A DNA stretch of 64,000 nucleotides from Saccostrea cucullata (Eukaryota). The notes beneath the pieces were generated by a model. That model worked only from the letters and a program-made list of their open reading frames with translations, searched no databases and had not been told where the DNA came from. The DNA lies in contig NW_026928727.1 in the NCBI RefSeq assembly GCF_032062105.1, forward strand, positions 124,001-188,000, given 5' to 3'. Made by a program: the position numbers and the translations under genes. Below, piece after piece: positions 12,801-24,844 of this stretch (the first letter of the stretch is position 1; every line of letters begins with the position of its first letter).

Positions 12801-15800
12801 TAAAGCGTTCGGCTCACCTTGCCTGACTACAATATACGACAATGGCCGAGGTGTGCCGAGCGTTGTGAAAGCACTTAAGTCGCATCACTATAACGTTTTA
12901 TTGCTGCTCTTAAATAAAAACTAATTTCAAGCGTCAGTTCGATTGCATCAGTTTGACAGCGTGGTGGGAAAGGCGCCATGAGTAAAAAGGGCCAACAAAC
13001 ATTGTTTGATTTAAAGTTCGTCAGTTCAGCTGCTGAAAACGGTAAAAGGAAAAGTTCTGATGAAAATAAAGATCAAAAATATGACAAAAACAAGCGAAAA
13101 AGAACATTTCAAGAAGGTTGGAAAGAACGATATCCGTGGGTTGATCAGGATGATGATGGACTTATGTTTTGTAAGTACTGTCGCAGTTTCCCTGAATTTG
13201 CCAACAAATCGAGCGCCCTGTATAAAGGAACAACAAATCTAAAGATAGATCCTTTGATTTCACATGATAAGACGAATGAACATTTAACAGTTAGTAAACA
13301 TTATTTAACCAAAAAAAATCCCATTTCCAATGACCAGAACAACAACGAGGCAGTCGCAGAATATCGGAACAAACTATTACCCGTGATTAAAGACACGGAG
13401 ATAGGCAAAGCTTTTTATAAATTGTCTGAAGAGGAGAAGAAAAAAATGACAGTCCTTTTCAATACTGCGTATGCAGTTGCACGAAATGGAAAACCATTTT
13501 CAGATTATTTGTACATTTATGAATTGAACAGCTTGAATGGATTAGATATAAACGGTCAATATAACAATATAATTGCCTGTGAAAATTTTATTGAGGCTAT
13601 TTCACAGACTTTAAGAGAAAGAATTTGTGATGAAGTTCTGATGACAAACTGTGTCAGTATACTTGCTGATGGATCTACAGATGCCGCAATATTGGAACAA
13701 GAAATTGTCTATCTGCGGTCAGTACTATATAACAAAATTGTAATTTAATGCATAAGATGACATAATATTTGGTAAAGTGCATCAATATTTTGCATTTTTT
13801 TCAAATAATATGTTATTTTAAGAAAAGAAAAAGCATTTTGTGTTTTAGAAAAAAAATTAAATGACAAGTTAAATTTGATAAAGTCATATTTATTTGAATT
13901 TTCTTGTTTGATATTTAGGTATGTGCATCCAATTTCTGGGATACCAGTGTGTAGACAGATTGACATTATAGCAGTAAAATCGTCGGATGCCTCTGGAGTC
14001 TTGGGTGCACTGAATGCAGCAGTGGAAAATGGTTTAAATCTGAAAATGACCGATTTTCATCCTGATAACAAAGGAACTCCATCTCTCATCATGGCGAACT
14101 TTGACGGTGCTTCTGTAAACTTTGGATCAAAGTCTGGTGTTGTTGCACAAATGAAAAAAGACTTTACCAATATTTTGGCTCTGCAGTGTGTAGCTCATAA
14201 GTTAGAACTATCTATTTTAGATGCTGTTAAGTGTTGGAAGTATCTAAGTGACACATTTGAAGACATCATTAAGGGTATTTTCAAATTTTATCACTACTCC
14301 CCAAAAAGGAGGAGGGAACTTAGGGCAATTGCTGAGATATTAGAAAAAGAACTTATTCACTTTTCAAATGTAAAACAAGTCAGGTGGCTTGCTAGCAAGG
14401 CTAGGGCTATTGATGCTGTGAAAAAAAATTTTGAGCAAGTTGTAACACATTTAGAACATAATAATTTGTCTAGCACATATACAGAGGGTGCAAGTAAAGC
14501 CCTAGGGTATGTCAAAAAAATAACAACTGTCAAGTTTGTAAAAGTTTTGCATTTCATGCTAGACTTTTTACCTGTAGTTGCAAATCTGTCCAAATCATTT
14601 CAGTCTGAAACTGTGTTGTTGTGTGAAGTTACCATTTTAGTAGATGGGGCCATTTTAGCCCTGGAGGGTTTGAAAACAAGCAATGGGGCTAATATGAAAG
14701 AATTTTTAGAAAATTTTGACACTGTGACCTCAAAATATGGCAATGTAAAATTGACAAACAAACCACAAACACTCAATTACTCAGATGATGCTGATGTTAA
14801 AAAGTTTTTGTCTGATGTCATTACTTATTTAATGAAGAGGTTTGATGCATTGTACAAACCCCCATTTTCTTTGTTCAGTGTTTTTAATGTCAAGAACTGG
14901 CCAGTGCTAGTACCAGAACTAGGCAAGTATGGTGTTGATGAGATAATGTCAATTGTCAGTCATGAATGTTTTTCATTTTTATTCAATGAAGCTGAAAAGG
15001 CTGTTGTTCTTTCACAGTGGTCACTTTTGAAAGCAAAAGTTAGGCATCTTAGGCATGTATCATTAGTTGATATTTATTCCTCAGTTATTGCTGAGGACAG
15101 ACAATCAAAGCATCTCCCTGTCATATGTAAGGTGATTGAAGTTATGATGACACTTTCCCCTAGCACTGCCAGTTGTGAAAGAGGATTTTCAACCCAGAAC
15201 ATTGTAAAAACAAATAGACGGACAAAACTTACTCAGAACAATTTGCGAAATCAATTACTCTTGATGTTAGAAGGTCCTGATTTGAAAGATTTTAGGGCAG
15301 AAAAAAGCATAGCACAGTGGTTGCTCTCTGCTAATAAAAGTAGACATGTACATGGTCACAAACTGCATGAGAAAGACTCTGAATATGATGATGAAACAAA
15401 TATGTCTTATGATGCCTCAAAAGTTAATTAAAACTAAGCATTACAGTGTTTGTTTTGTTTTTTATTTGGACTAGTAATTTAGTGATGCGGACTAGTGAAT
15501 TTCACCAGCTTAATAGTCCTTGGACCAGTGGATTTTCAGGGAAAATTTAAACCCCTGTATAGGAAACATTTTAACAGAAGTATAATAAACCAGATTATCC
15601 CACACTCATTTACAGCTCAGTCAGTGAGTATAAACATTAAATCTACACTGATAGTCAACTCAGTATAGCATTTATAGACCAGATTATCCCACACTCATTT
15701 ACAGCTCAGTCAGTGAGTATAAACATTAAATCTACACTGATAGTCAACTCAGTATAGCGTTTATAGACCAGATTATCCCACATTCATTTACAGCTCAGTC

Positions 15801-18800
15801 AGTGAGTATAGACATTAAATTTACCAGATAGTCAACTCAGTAGAGCGTTTATAGACCAGATTATCTCACACTCATTTACAGCTCAGTCAGTGAGTATAAA
15901 CATTAAATCTACACTGATAGTCAACTCAGTATAGCATTTATAGTCCAGATTATCCCACACTCATTTACAGCTCAGTCAGTGAGTATATAGACATTAAATC
16001 TACATTGATAGTCAACTCAGTATAGCGTTTATAGACCAGATTATCCCACACTCATTTACAGCTCAGTCAGTGAGTACAGACATTAAATCTACCAGATAGT
16101 CAACTCAGAAGAGCGTTTATAGACCAGATTATCTCACACTCATTTACAACTCAGTCAGTGAGTATAGACATTAAATCTACACTGATAGTCAACTCAGTAT
16201 AGCATTTATAGTCCAGATTATCCCACACTCATTTACAGCTCAGTCAGTGAGTATAGACATTAAATCTACACTGATAGTCAACTCAGTATAGCGTTTATAG
16301 ACCAGATTATCCCACACTCATTTACAGCTCAGTCAGTGAGTATAAACATTAAATCTACACTGAAAGTCACCTCAGTATAGCATTTATAGACCAGATTTTC
16401 TCGCATAATCACCAGTGTTAGATTGACTTGTCCGTTGTGAGACAGCAGAGTGAGATTTTTCTGTCTCACACTGTGAATTACTACGCCGCGAACGATAACG
16501 TAAACATTTCGTCTTTATATAAAGAATTTGTAATAATGTTAAAAAATATTACATATGCTTAAAAGCTTGTCATTTAATTTATTAAGATAAACTTTTTCAT
16601 TCAAAATATTGTCGTATTTTCACTTTTTGAAAGGCACTATTTTTTGATCACGGAAATTCATTCTTCTGAATGAAAGTTTACGGTATCGTATAGATAAGTT
16701 TTTTTTATTCCTAGTTTTTATCTATCTAATTAATTTACATGGACCAAAATTCATTTTATTAGTTTACACTACGTCAGTACGTGTAAACCATTTTCAGGTA
16801 CGTTCTATCCGATGGTGCATTTAGTTTTTTAATTAGATGGAAAATTAAAAGAACTTTCATTTTTATATTTTTAGCCCTATCATGGCGACATCATTGACAG
16901 GCCGTTATTTTGGAAATAATGCGAGAAAAATAATCATTCATTACATACTCGTGTGGGAATAGTGAAATTCCACCTCGGGGCCAAGATTCACGGTCTAGGA
17001 CTCGGCAAAGCCTCGTTCTAGACCGTGAATCTTAGTATCCCCTCGGTGGAATTTCACTATCCCACACTCATAGTAATGAATGATTCTATTAATCCCACAC
17101 TCATTTACAGCTCAGTCAGTGAGTATAAAAATTAAATCTACCTAGATAGTCAACTCAGTATAGCATTTATAGACCAGATTATACCACACTCATTTACAGC
17201 TCAATCAGTGAGTATAAACATTAAATTCTGTTGAAAATTATATCAAACACTTCATTCCTTTAAATTCTTGTTTGTACATGATAAGTTTTGCTTGGTGGAT
17301 TTAGAAGTGAATCATTTCTAGCTGTATCATTGTTGTACAAGTCATAAAATAATATCAGCTGTATGACACACAGACATATTACATGTACAATTACACTGTA
17401 ATTCATATTTTTTTCAAGGATTTTTAAAATGCCTCTAAGAAAAGCTGTTCTATACCTGTACTACACATTCTTTGCTCTCAATTAAACATACTTCATATAC
17501 AAAGTCATTTAAGTTCACCCTCCAATCAAAAATTCATATAATATTCAAATGCTTCTCTATTCTGATTCCCCATGAATACCAGGCTAATGTTATCAGGCGC
17601 GTAGCCAGGCGTACGTTTGTACGCACAAACGTCCACATCATTTTCCAAAGAAAAAAAAAGAAAAGAAAAGAAAAGAAAGAAAGAAAGAAAGGAGAGGAAA
17701 GCCATAAAAAATGAAAATCAATAGAATCAGTTTTATGGGAAAATACGATATTACATGCACCACTGAAATCAAAAGATTTTCCCGGATTTAGGTTTACTAT
17801 CGAATATTGCTGATTTTTTCCAAGTGTAATTACATTCTTCATTGGAGTTTCTCTATTGTAGATGTCACACAATAAAACCCCGCCCTGTCGATTCCCTTAA
17901 ACAGATTTATGCCAAAAAATTCAATTTCTATTAATCGAAATTAACTTTCAACCGCAATACTTAACTTCTGTAACGATAACCCCCCCCCCCCCCCCATTTT
18001 AACTAATATCGGATTCATGCAAGACTTCAAAGTTCAGAAATTTAAAATTGGTAAAATTTAGTTAAACCTTAAAAATAATAACCTGTTTAAGTACTGACAG
18101 TGTGCAACAAAATGCGTTTTAAAAGGATTCTTCTGTCTTTGTTATTTTCAATCTTTAGAGATGCATTTTTAATATTAATGTTAGCCTGACTATCAGTCAA
18201 TTACGTGGTCTGTCTAAACCAGTCAACCACTCTAACCAACTACTATATGTTACCATACGTATTTTGTCGAGCTTCAAAACTCTAAAATTGTTTTAGTGGA
18301 TTCACTTTTGCATGGACAGATCTTTTCTCATTTTTGAGTGACTGTCCGCAAGAACAGACCTTAAGTATGTGGCTGCGTAACAAACTGAAAAGGTGTAAGA
18401 AAATGCAAACAGAAGGGTCAAACATGCACATCGAAGTCGTCGTAAATTCATCAGCCTCCGGAGGCTTCGCCCCCTAGGCTCCCACCAGGACTTTGCCCTG
18501 GACTCATTGGGGACCTTAAATCCCCAGCCTATCCAGGCATCCACATCAAATGTACCCTGCCTACGCCCCTGGTTATACAGTACTGTAGATTCCTAATTAT
18601 ACGCGAGGAATTAATTTCCGCGTAATTTCACGAGAAGCATCGCTTGCGAAAAAATATTACTCACTTTTATTTTTATGGTGCTGAAGTCTATGTAAATTCT
18701 GTTGATCAACCGTTCATTCGTGAATTATAATTCTCGCGGTTTAACGTTAAAGACCCAGTTCGTGATTAAAAGTACTCACTGAAAATGTATTTTTATTTTA

Positions 18801-19097
18801 TTCCTACCCCCAGGGTTTACTAGGACTGATAACCTTTGACACCTTGGGAGTTATCTTTAGATGGAGGTTTTTTGATCATGCTGCACATTTAGGTGGAACC
18901 TTATTTGGCATGTAGGTATTTTTCTTTAATTGTACATGTACGTACCTTTCAATTCTATTTTTGGTGTTTTTACATGAATACTGAAATCAAGACTTTTGTC
19001 TTTCAGATGGTATATGAAATATGGACAGGATCTCATCTGGAAAAAGAGGGAAGCTGTGATTAAATGGTGGCATAACATGAGGAAGCCTTCAAAATGA
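6842..19097 (+). CDS. PARL: Presenilin-associated rhomboid-like protease, mitochondrial; exons 6842-6897, 7483-7678, 8041-8166, 8420-8531, 10296-10445, 10917-10987, 11216-11326, 18814-18911, 19007-19097
   Basis: Spliced protein contains GAMIWEYE, FSHENFLHLFCNMYVL, GKEQFLGVYLSG, catalytic SVGA|SGA and FFDHAAHLGG, and a C-terminus WYMKYGQDLIWKKRE..WW. All junctions are GT-AG and in phase. AATAAA at 19114-19119. Confidence 0.95.
8655..10227 (+). mobile_element. Helentron-associated (HINE/DINE-1-like) non-autonomous element carrying a 147-bp tandem array
   Basis: T-rich start with agctcacctcaacgaa and its inverted copy ttcgttgaggtgagct near the 3' end, followed by a small hairpin (gtaatc-tct-gattac). 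The internal unit recurs at 9021, 9168, 9315 and 9462 (period 147 bp), about 8 copies with degenerate edges. Confidence 0.8.
12606..15557 (+). mobile_element. Autonomous-looking hAT DNA transposon (2952 bp)
   Basis: TIRs caggggtttaaa / tttaaacccctg. Imperfect 8-bp TSD tatagtat / tataggaa. Subterminal ggacta/ggacca repeats at both ends. Encodes a transposase. Confidence 0.92.
12978..15431 (+). CDS. hAT transposase (ZNF862-like type), 2 exons 12978-13717 and 13919-15431, 750 aa
   Basis: N-terminal TTF-type Zn finger (FQEGWKERYPW...MFCKYC...H..TNEH), catalytic D (LADGSTD), D (NFDGAS), CxxH (QCVAH), RW, and E in the hATC dimerisation motif SPSTASCERGFS. One in-phase GT-AG intron and no stops. 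Confidence 0.92.
16398..17090. mobile_element. Split-hairpin (Crypton-like) non-autonomous element B, with its hairpin at the opposite end from A
   Basis: Palindrome at about 16930-17090. The complement of the outer arm atgcgagaaaa is found at the element start (ttttctcgcat). Inserted at accagatt | aatcccacac of the host repeat. Confidence 0.65.
17594..18571. mobile_element. Non-autonomous TIR element with 5-bp TSD
   Basis: TIRs caggcgcgtagccagg / cctgcctacgcccctg. TSD gttat at 17589-17593 and 18572-18576. Confidence 0.8.
18581..18780. mobile_element. Truncated TA-target (Tc1/mariner-type) MITE, same family as 55151-55368 in inverted orientation
   Basis: Begins tactgtagattcctaattatacgcgaggaattaatt, similar to the reverse complement of the right end of the 55151-55368 copy. 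Confidence 0.65.
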
Positions 19098-19544
19098 CTG
19101 CATTTTTTAAACTAATAAAATTGACATTATTTATAGCATTTTGAAAGTCGTGAGAAAAAATTTTTTGCATGTGTCTCTTAAACCTTTGCATCATAGTCTG
19201 AGGTTGTTAAATTAGAGAAAATCATATCAGGAATATGAGTACTGATTTGAAGTGGATGTGATCTTACTTCTAAATATCCCTACACTAAGTGATGCTCAAA
19301 AACAACAATGATCAAACATATTAAATTAATTGAAGATTTGTTGCAACACATACATTTATGAATATTAATGACCTTGGAACCAATAATTATCCATTCAGAG
19401 TCAGAGAACTACAAAAAATGGAACTGTGTAGAGAATATGCATCATATGTCAAAGAAATTGTTGTTAGATCTGTGTTATATTTTATATTAAATTTTGTAAA
19501 TCAGACATTAATACTGGGAATACTGATTTAATTTCTACCACAAT

Positions 19545-19830
19545 CACTTGTAGTGTCATTGTGCACCTCCTATACATAACATTTTGATCGATACATTTTG
19601 GTTTCCCCTAGCAAAACTTGGATACAACCATTCATCTATAATATTGACGGGTATCCATCTCTTAAGGATCCACAACTCCTCCTATACCACGGAATAAAAT
19701 TTAATGTGACTTTCACAAATTCTCTCTTACACTGTGCCATTGTGGCCTCCTATTTATACACTTTTTAAACCGACAATTATTTCTGGTTTCCCAGAGAAAA
19801 AAGTACTTTGCCATTATAATCATATGGGAG
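19545..19830 (+). repeat. Degenerate fragment of the Helentron-type repeat family also present at 26812-29015
   Basis: Shares cattgtgcacctcc...ttttgatc..cacat..tt..gtttcc.agagcaaaac and .acccatctctta motifs. Confidence 0.55.
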
Positions 19831-20094
19831 CCAGGAGTATCGTTTTGTTTGAACTCAATGCTCAAAGCATCTTTAGTTTCGTCAATGATTTGGAAACATT
19901 CGCCACTGAACTAAGTGTATAGAATGTAAAAATTATTTGCCACTTTTTTTGCGACAAAAAGAAGCATTTATATGATTTTGTTTTTTGAGGAATACTTATG
20001 TATTTTAATCCTAGGACAAGAGCAATCAAACACAGGCACCTGTGCAATCAAACTGATAAGAATATAGATCATCAGAGTATATTGGTGTCTTAAT

Positions 20095-21225
20095 ATGGTA
20101 ACAAGTAACATGTTTTATGTTCTTTTTGGTTTCCTTAATGCAATATGTGTTTTGGGACACCAAGGATTCGAAATTCACTCGGCAGATGTTGAAGGGGAAA
20201 AGTTGTGTTCCGATGAGAACGTTTTTCACATTCAGCAAGAACAAATTGACTTTCTTATGAGAAAAGTTTCTGAACTCTCAGCTGGTTTTCAACAACAGAA
20301 GACGGAAATAATTCAACTGAAAAACGAAAATCAAAATCTGATTCGTGCTTTGTCGGACATTGAGAAAATGTTTCAAAGTAGTCGACGCAAAGATGGCCAT
20401 TCAAAGTTAAAGTATGAAAACGGATTTAAAAAGAGTTCATTGCAACATGTGCAGGAAGATGGAGAGTCGGCAAAAGCTACAGAAAGGAAGGGTATCTCCA
20501 AAATCAGAAAAGGTATCGTTTATATTGACATTTTATTCAAACATAGGCGTTGAACCGAGGGTGGGTGGTTAGCTCTCCCCCTCCCAATATTTTGCAAAGA
20601 TAAACATTGTAAAGGCATTGAAAATTGCAATTGGGTCCTACTCCTCCCCTATCGATACTATTTTCTTGTATAAAATCAAATAAATTTAATTTCACTGAAT
20701 TTCAAAGTTGTTGATGGTCTTCAATGAATGGTACGCTGCAATCATGTTTGAAAGAAACTGGGTTTTTTTTTCACAGAAAGGCTATTATTACCACTTCCTA
20801 CAACCCGATCACCTCCTGCAAGTAAAGACGTCATAGCTTTTTATGCGTATATGACGGGTGACAGCATTGATCCTGGTGCCTCGCGCACTCTCATCTTTGA
20901 TAAAATAATCACCAATGCTGGAAACGGGTATCACAATGCCACTGGAGCTTTCATCGCGCCCCGAACTGGCATTTATGTTTTCTCATGGTCCATGCGTTTA
21001 GTTAACAGCGCTTATCACCAAGCGGAACTGGTGCACAACCACAACGTTATGGGCGTGGCATATCTCTACGCCCCCACCGGAGACCACACGGTCAGCGGTA
21101 CGGTAGTCATTCACGTTAACCAAGGGGATGACGTTTTCATCAGAACACAATCCGGGGCCAATTCTGGGAACATCGAAAGTGGGCCTGGTGGACGTACATC
21201 TTTCTCCGGGTGGAAACTAAGTTGA
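20095..21225 (+). CDS. Secreted C1q-domain-containing protein (C1qDC) copy 1; exons 20095-20512, 20777-21225
   Basis: Signal peptide, coiled coil (QQEQIDFLMRKVSEL...), then gC1q: IAFYAY..LIFDKIITNAGNGY..TGAFIAPRTGIYVFSW..VVIHVNQGDDVFI..TSFSGW. Phase-1 GT-AG intron. Confidence 0.92.
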
Positions 21226-21518
21226 ATTAAAAATTGACAACAACGATAATTTGCCGACTTTGATTGATTTATTCGATTTGAAAGAAACTATCTAATGTAT
21301 TTATATCTTTGTAAGCATTTGGCATTGATGTTAATGATGTATCTTCTTCGTCTACTCATTTTATATTGATCATGTTTCGGTATATTGTATTTTCAAGTGC
21401 ATATTGGCAACACCCATCAGCCACGCAATTCTAAATTTCTAGAACCCATATAGTAAACATTTAAAGACTGCGAAACAGTGAAAAAATGGTAGATGGAACA
21501 TTTCCAAGTTTATCAACA

Positions 21519-22081
21519 AAGGACAAGATAGGGTAAGACCCTTTTTTGGCCCCTGATTTTGGGCGTCTCTCAGAATGATGCAACAGTTAATCCATTAAAA
21601 CCTGTTGTCACCCCTGTCACAAAATAAGTATTGGTTCTAAGTTTTTGAATACACAGAGGTCACGGAGAGGTCAGAAAATAGGTTAATCTTCGAATTTTTC
21701 ATTTTTTGCAAATTTTCGATTTTACAGCACATTTTGTTTTGGAAAACATAGAGCACAAGCTTGTCTATCTCCCAAATTATATATGTTATACACAAGTATC
21801 AGGTGCATCTTCTGTGCAAAAATCTCAGATAGGCAAGTGTATGCTCTATGTTTTCCGAAGAGTAAAGTATCTAATGATCAATTATAATGAAATTCCATAA
21901 GAAAATGCCCTATTTCTGCACAAAAGTGGCTTCCATGTAAGCTTTGAATCCAAATTAGTGCTAGTTTTCAAGCATGCATCATTTTAAGTTCTTGTATCTA
22001 CAAACTATCACAATTCTACCAATGTTCTGATTTTTACATCAAATAAGGGGCCAGATTCGGCCCTTACCCTACCTTGTCCTC
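21519..22081. mobile_element. Non-autonomous TIR element between the C1qDC genes (superfamily unassigned)
   Basis: TIRs aggacaagatagggtaag...ggcccctgattt / aaataaggggcc...cttaccctaccttgtcct. TSD not clear. Confidence 0.65.
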
Positions 22082-23362
22082 TTACAATCTGTTTTGAAGT
22101 GAAGATTACACAATATTTTATTATGCATTATTATATCATTGTTTCGTTAATGATATTTGTCAAAGAATAGAATTGTGGATAAACCGAGGCTTAGGTTTAA
22201 AAAAAACTGCAGTTCATGTGGTTAGTTTTACGAAAACTAGGATATTTACAAGACCCAGGATTATGAAATAGATCATTTTAATTTAATACTTGTTAAATGA
22301 AACTCTTAAGGACAGATTATACAAACAAAAAATGGATGTCTGGACTGTTATATATTTTTTGACCCAATTTCATTGCAAATGATGCAAATAATAAATTTCT
22401 AGAATATAAAGAAATTGTAAACCTTCTTTGATGTTCGAAATTCTACCCTTCTGAAACTATCCTTATTATTCTATACAAACAAATATTTTCACTTCAAATT
22501 CCGTTTTTGTGCAATTTTGAATAAAAAAAATTAAAAACTACGCGGTGAGACGTATTCATTTCATTCATTAAAACATGACCCAAATTGTTATTCTCAAAAT
22601 TGTTGACAAAAGTTTGTTTGTCTGTCCTTAATTTGCACATAACAGCAGTTCGATAATGATGCATTTTTAAATTGGAACGCACTATCATCATTTTGGACTC
22701 CTTAACTTCTAAAGTACCACATACAAGTATATTTTGACTTAAAGATGCTTCATGATCTCGGGGGCCAGTATAGATAAGGGATATTCTGCTACCTTTGATA
22801 TTTTGCGATTAATTTTCTTTTTTTTTTCTACATTGCGGCATTCTGCTTTCTTAAAAATTGCAATCTTTATATAAATAAACAAAAATAACATACAAAAATT
22901 ATACAAAAAAAATAAAAGAAAGAAAGACAAAAAAGGAAGAAGAAAGTAACATGGACCTATCAATTTATGCTCCCTCAATATAGTGATTAGTGCAGTCATT
23001 AAGTATTTTACATCAAATAAAATAAAACTCTTATATAGCAACGTTCTATATTGCTGAAGAAGAAAACGACTCCTTTAATTTTAGCAAAATAATAAGCTAA
23101 AGGAAATTACAGTATTTTGAAATGGGAGCCAGGAGTATCGTTTTAGCTGTGAGCTAATCTCTAGTTTCGTCAATAATTCTGAAACATTCGCACTTACTGT
23201 ACAGAATGTAAAAATTATAAGCCACTTTTTTGCGAAAAAAGATCAATTCATATATTTTTCTTGAGGAAGACCTTTGTATTTTAATCTTACGGACTAGAGC
23301 AATCAAACTGATAAGAATATATAGATCATCAGAATATATTGTTAATCGGTCGGTGTCTTAAT

Positions 23363-24402
23363 ATGGAAACTAGTAGCATGATATGTGTTCTTTTTGGTTT
23401 CCTTAATGCGATTTGTGTTTTGGGAAACCCAGGATTGGAAACCCACTCGGCAGATGTTGAATGGAAAAAGTTATATTCCGATGAGAACATTTTTCACATT
23501 CAGCAAGAACAAATTGACTTTCTTATGAGAAAAGTGTCTGAACTCTCAGCTGATTTTCAACAACAGAAGACGGAAATAATTCAACTGAAAAACGAAAATA
23601 AAAATCTGATTGGTGCTTTGTCGGAAATTGAGAAAATATTTCAAAATAGTCGACGCAAGGACGGCCATTCAAAGTTAAAATATGAAAACGGATTTAAGAA
23701 GAGTTCATTGCAACAAGTGGAAGAAGACGAAGAGTCGACAAAAGCTACAGAAAGGAAAGGTATCTCCAAAATCAGAAAAGGTATTGTTAGTATTGAAATA
23801 TTACTCAAACATAGGCGTCGGAACTGAGGGCCCCCACCACATGTGCAAACACTTTTTTTTCAAAGATAGACATAATTAAGGCACTGAAAAAAATTGCATT
23901 TGCCCCTCCCTCTCCTTCCCTATTGATATGTTACATTATTTTTTTCTCTACAGAAAGGCTATTGCTACCACCTCATACCACCAAAGCCTCTCCTGCAAGT
24001 AAAGACGTGATAGCCTTTTATGCGTATATGACGGGTGACAGCATTGAACCTGGTGCCTCGCGTACTCTCATCTTTGATAAAATAATCACCAATGCTGGAA
24101 ACGGATATCGCAATACCACTGGAGCTTTCATCGCGCCCCGAACTGGATTTTATGTTTTTTCATGGTCCATGCGTTTATTCAACGGTTCTTACCACCGAGC
24201 GGAACTGGTGCACAACCACAAAGTTATGGGCGTGGCCTATCTCTACGCCCCCACCGGAGACCACACGGTTAGTCATACGGTAGTCATTCACGTTAACCAA
24301 GGGGATGACGTTTTCATCAGGACACAATCCGGGGCAAATTCTGGGAACATAGAAAGCGGGCCTGGTGGACGTACATCTTTCTCCGGGTGGAAACTAAGTT
24401 AG
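23363..24402 (+). CDS. Secreted C1qDC copy 2 (tandem paralog); exons 23363-23780, 23954-24402
   Basis: Same exon structure and high similarity to copy 1. The upstream region from atgggagccaggagtatcgtttt is also duplicated (about 19824 and 23122). Confidence 0.92.
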
Positions 24403-24844
24403 ATGTTATTGACCACAATATGACTTCATGTGCAAAATTTACATAAACTTCTTTTAAAAGAAGCGAAAGTTTTGGTTGTCAAATATCAGAATACGAGAAA
24501 TCAATAAATGACGAAGAATATTAATTATTCTGCTTTCTAATTTTTTTAACAACTTTGTACGCGTTGTCCAAATCAGTAAAAATCAATTACATGTAGTTAT
24601 CGACCACACGTGATGCATGGATGTTTATGGTAATATTTTTTTTCTACAAGCTTAAACCACAAGATAAAAGTGTAAATATCGACAGATCCCCCTCTTTAAC
24701 AGAAATCATCACCGTCCGTGTTGTCTGAAACATGTGCTGGTCACATATAAATCTCTATGTCCAAACAGAAAATGACGTCATGATCGAACAAACATCAGTT
24801 CAAGAGAGAAGGTGAGATTTCTAGTTTTTTTTTTTTTAAAGAGA

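Larger units (their letters stand above)
12179..15588. mobile_element. Split-hairpin (Crypton-like) non-autonomous element A, interrupted by the hAT transposon
   Basis: Palindrome of about 155 bp at about 12180-12336 (acacttatccactg...cagtggataagtgttttattatac). The missing outer part of the left arm (gtataataa) lies at the far end (15580-15588). The host repeat resumes exactly (atttatag | accagatt). Confidence 0.65.
11257..17226 (+). repeat. 89-bp tandem array derived from the last 70 nt of PARL exon 7 plus 19 nt of intron (about 21 copies in three blocks: 11257-12178, 15589-16397, 17091-17226)
   Basis: Unit ctacccagatagtcaactcagtatagcatttatagaccagattatcccacactcatttacagctcagtca|gtgagtataaacattaaat. 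The first copy is coding (YPDSQLSIAFIDQIIPHSFTAQS) and later copies keep the GTGAGT donor. Confidence 0.95.

Noticed and set aside
12978-15431. Calling the ORFs a host ZNF862 gene
   Set aside because: They are bounded by TIRs and a TSD-like repeat and inserted within another element, so a transposon is the simpler reading.
11257-17226. CRISPR-like appearance of the regular repeat array
   Set aside because: Units are contiguous near-identical 89-mers with no unique spacers. There are no cas genes, the context is a eukaryotic intron, and the unit derives from a PARL exon.
17472-17872. Lys-rich and Phe-rich ORFs
   Set aside because: They are produced by an (aaag)n purine tract inside a TIR element.
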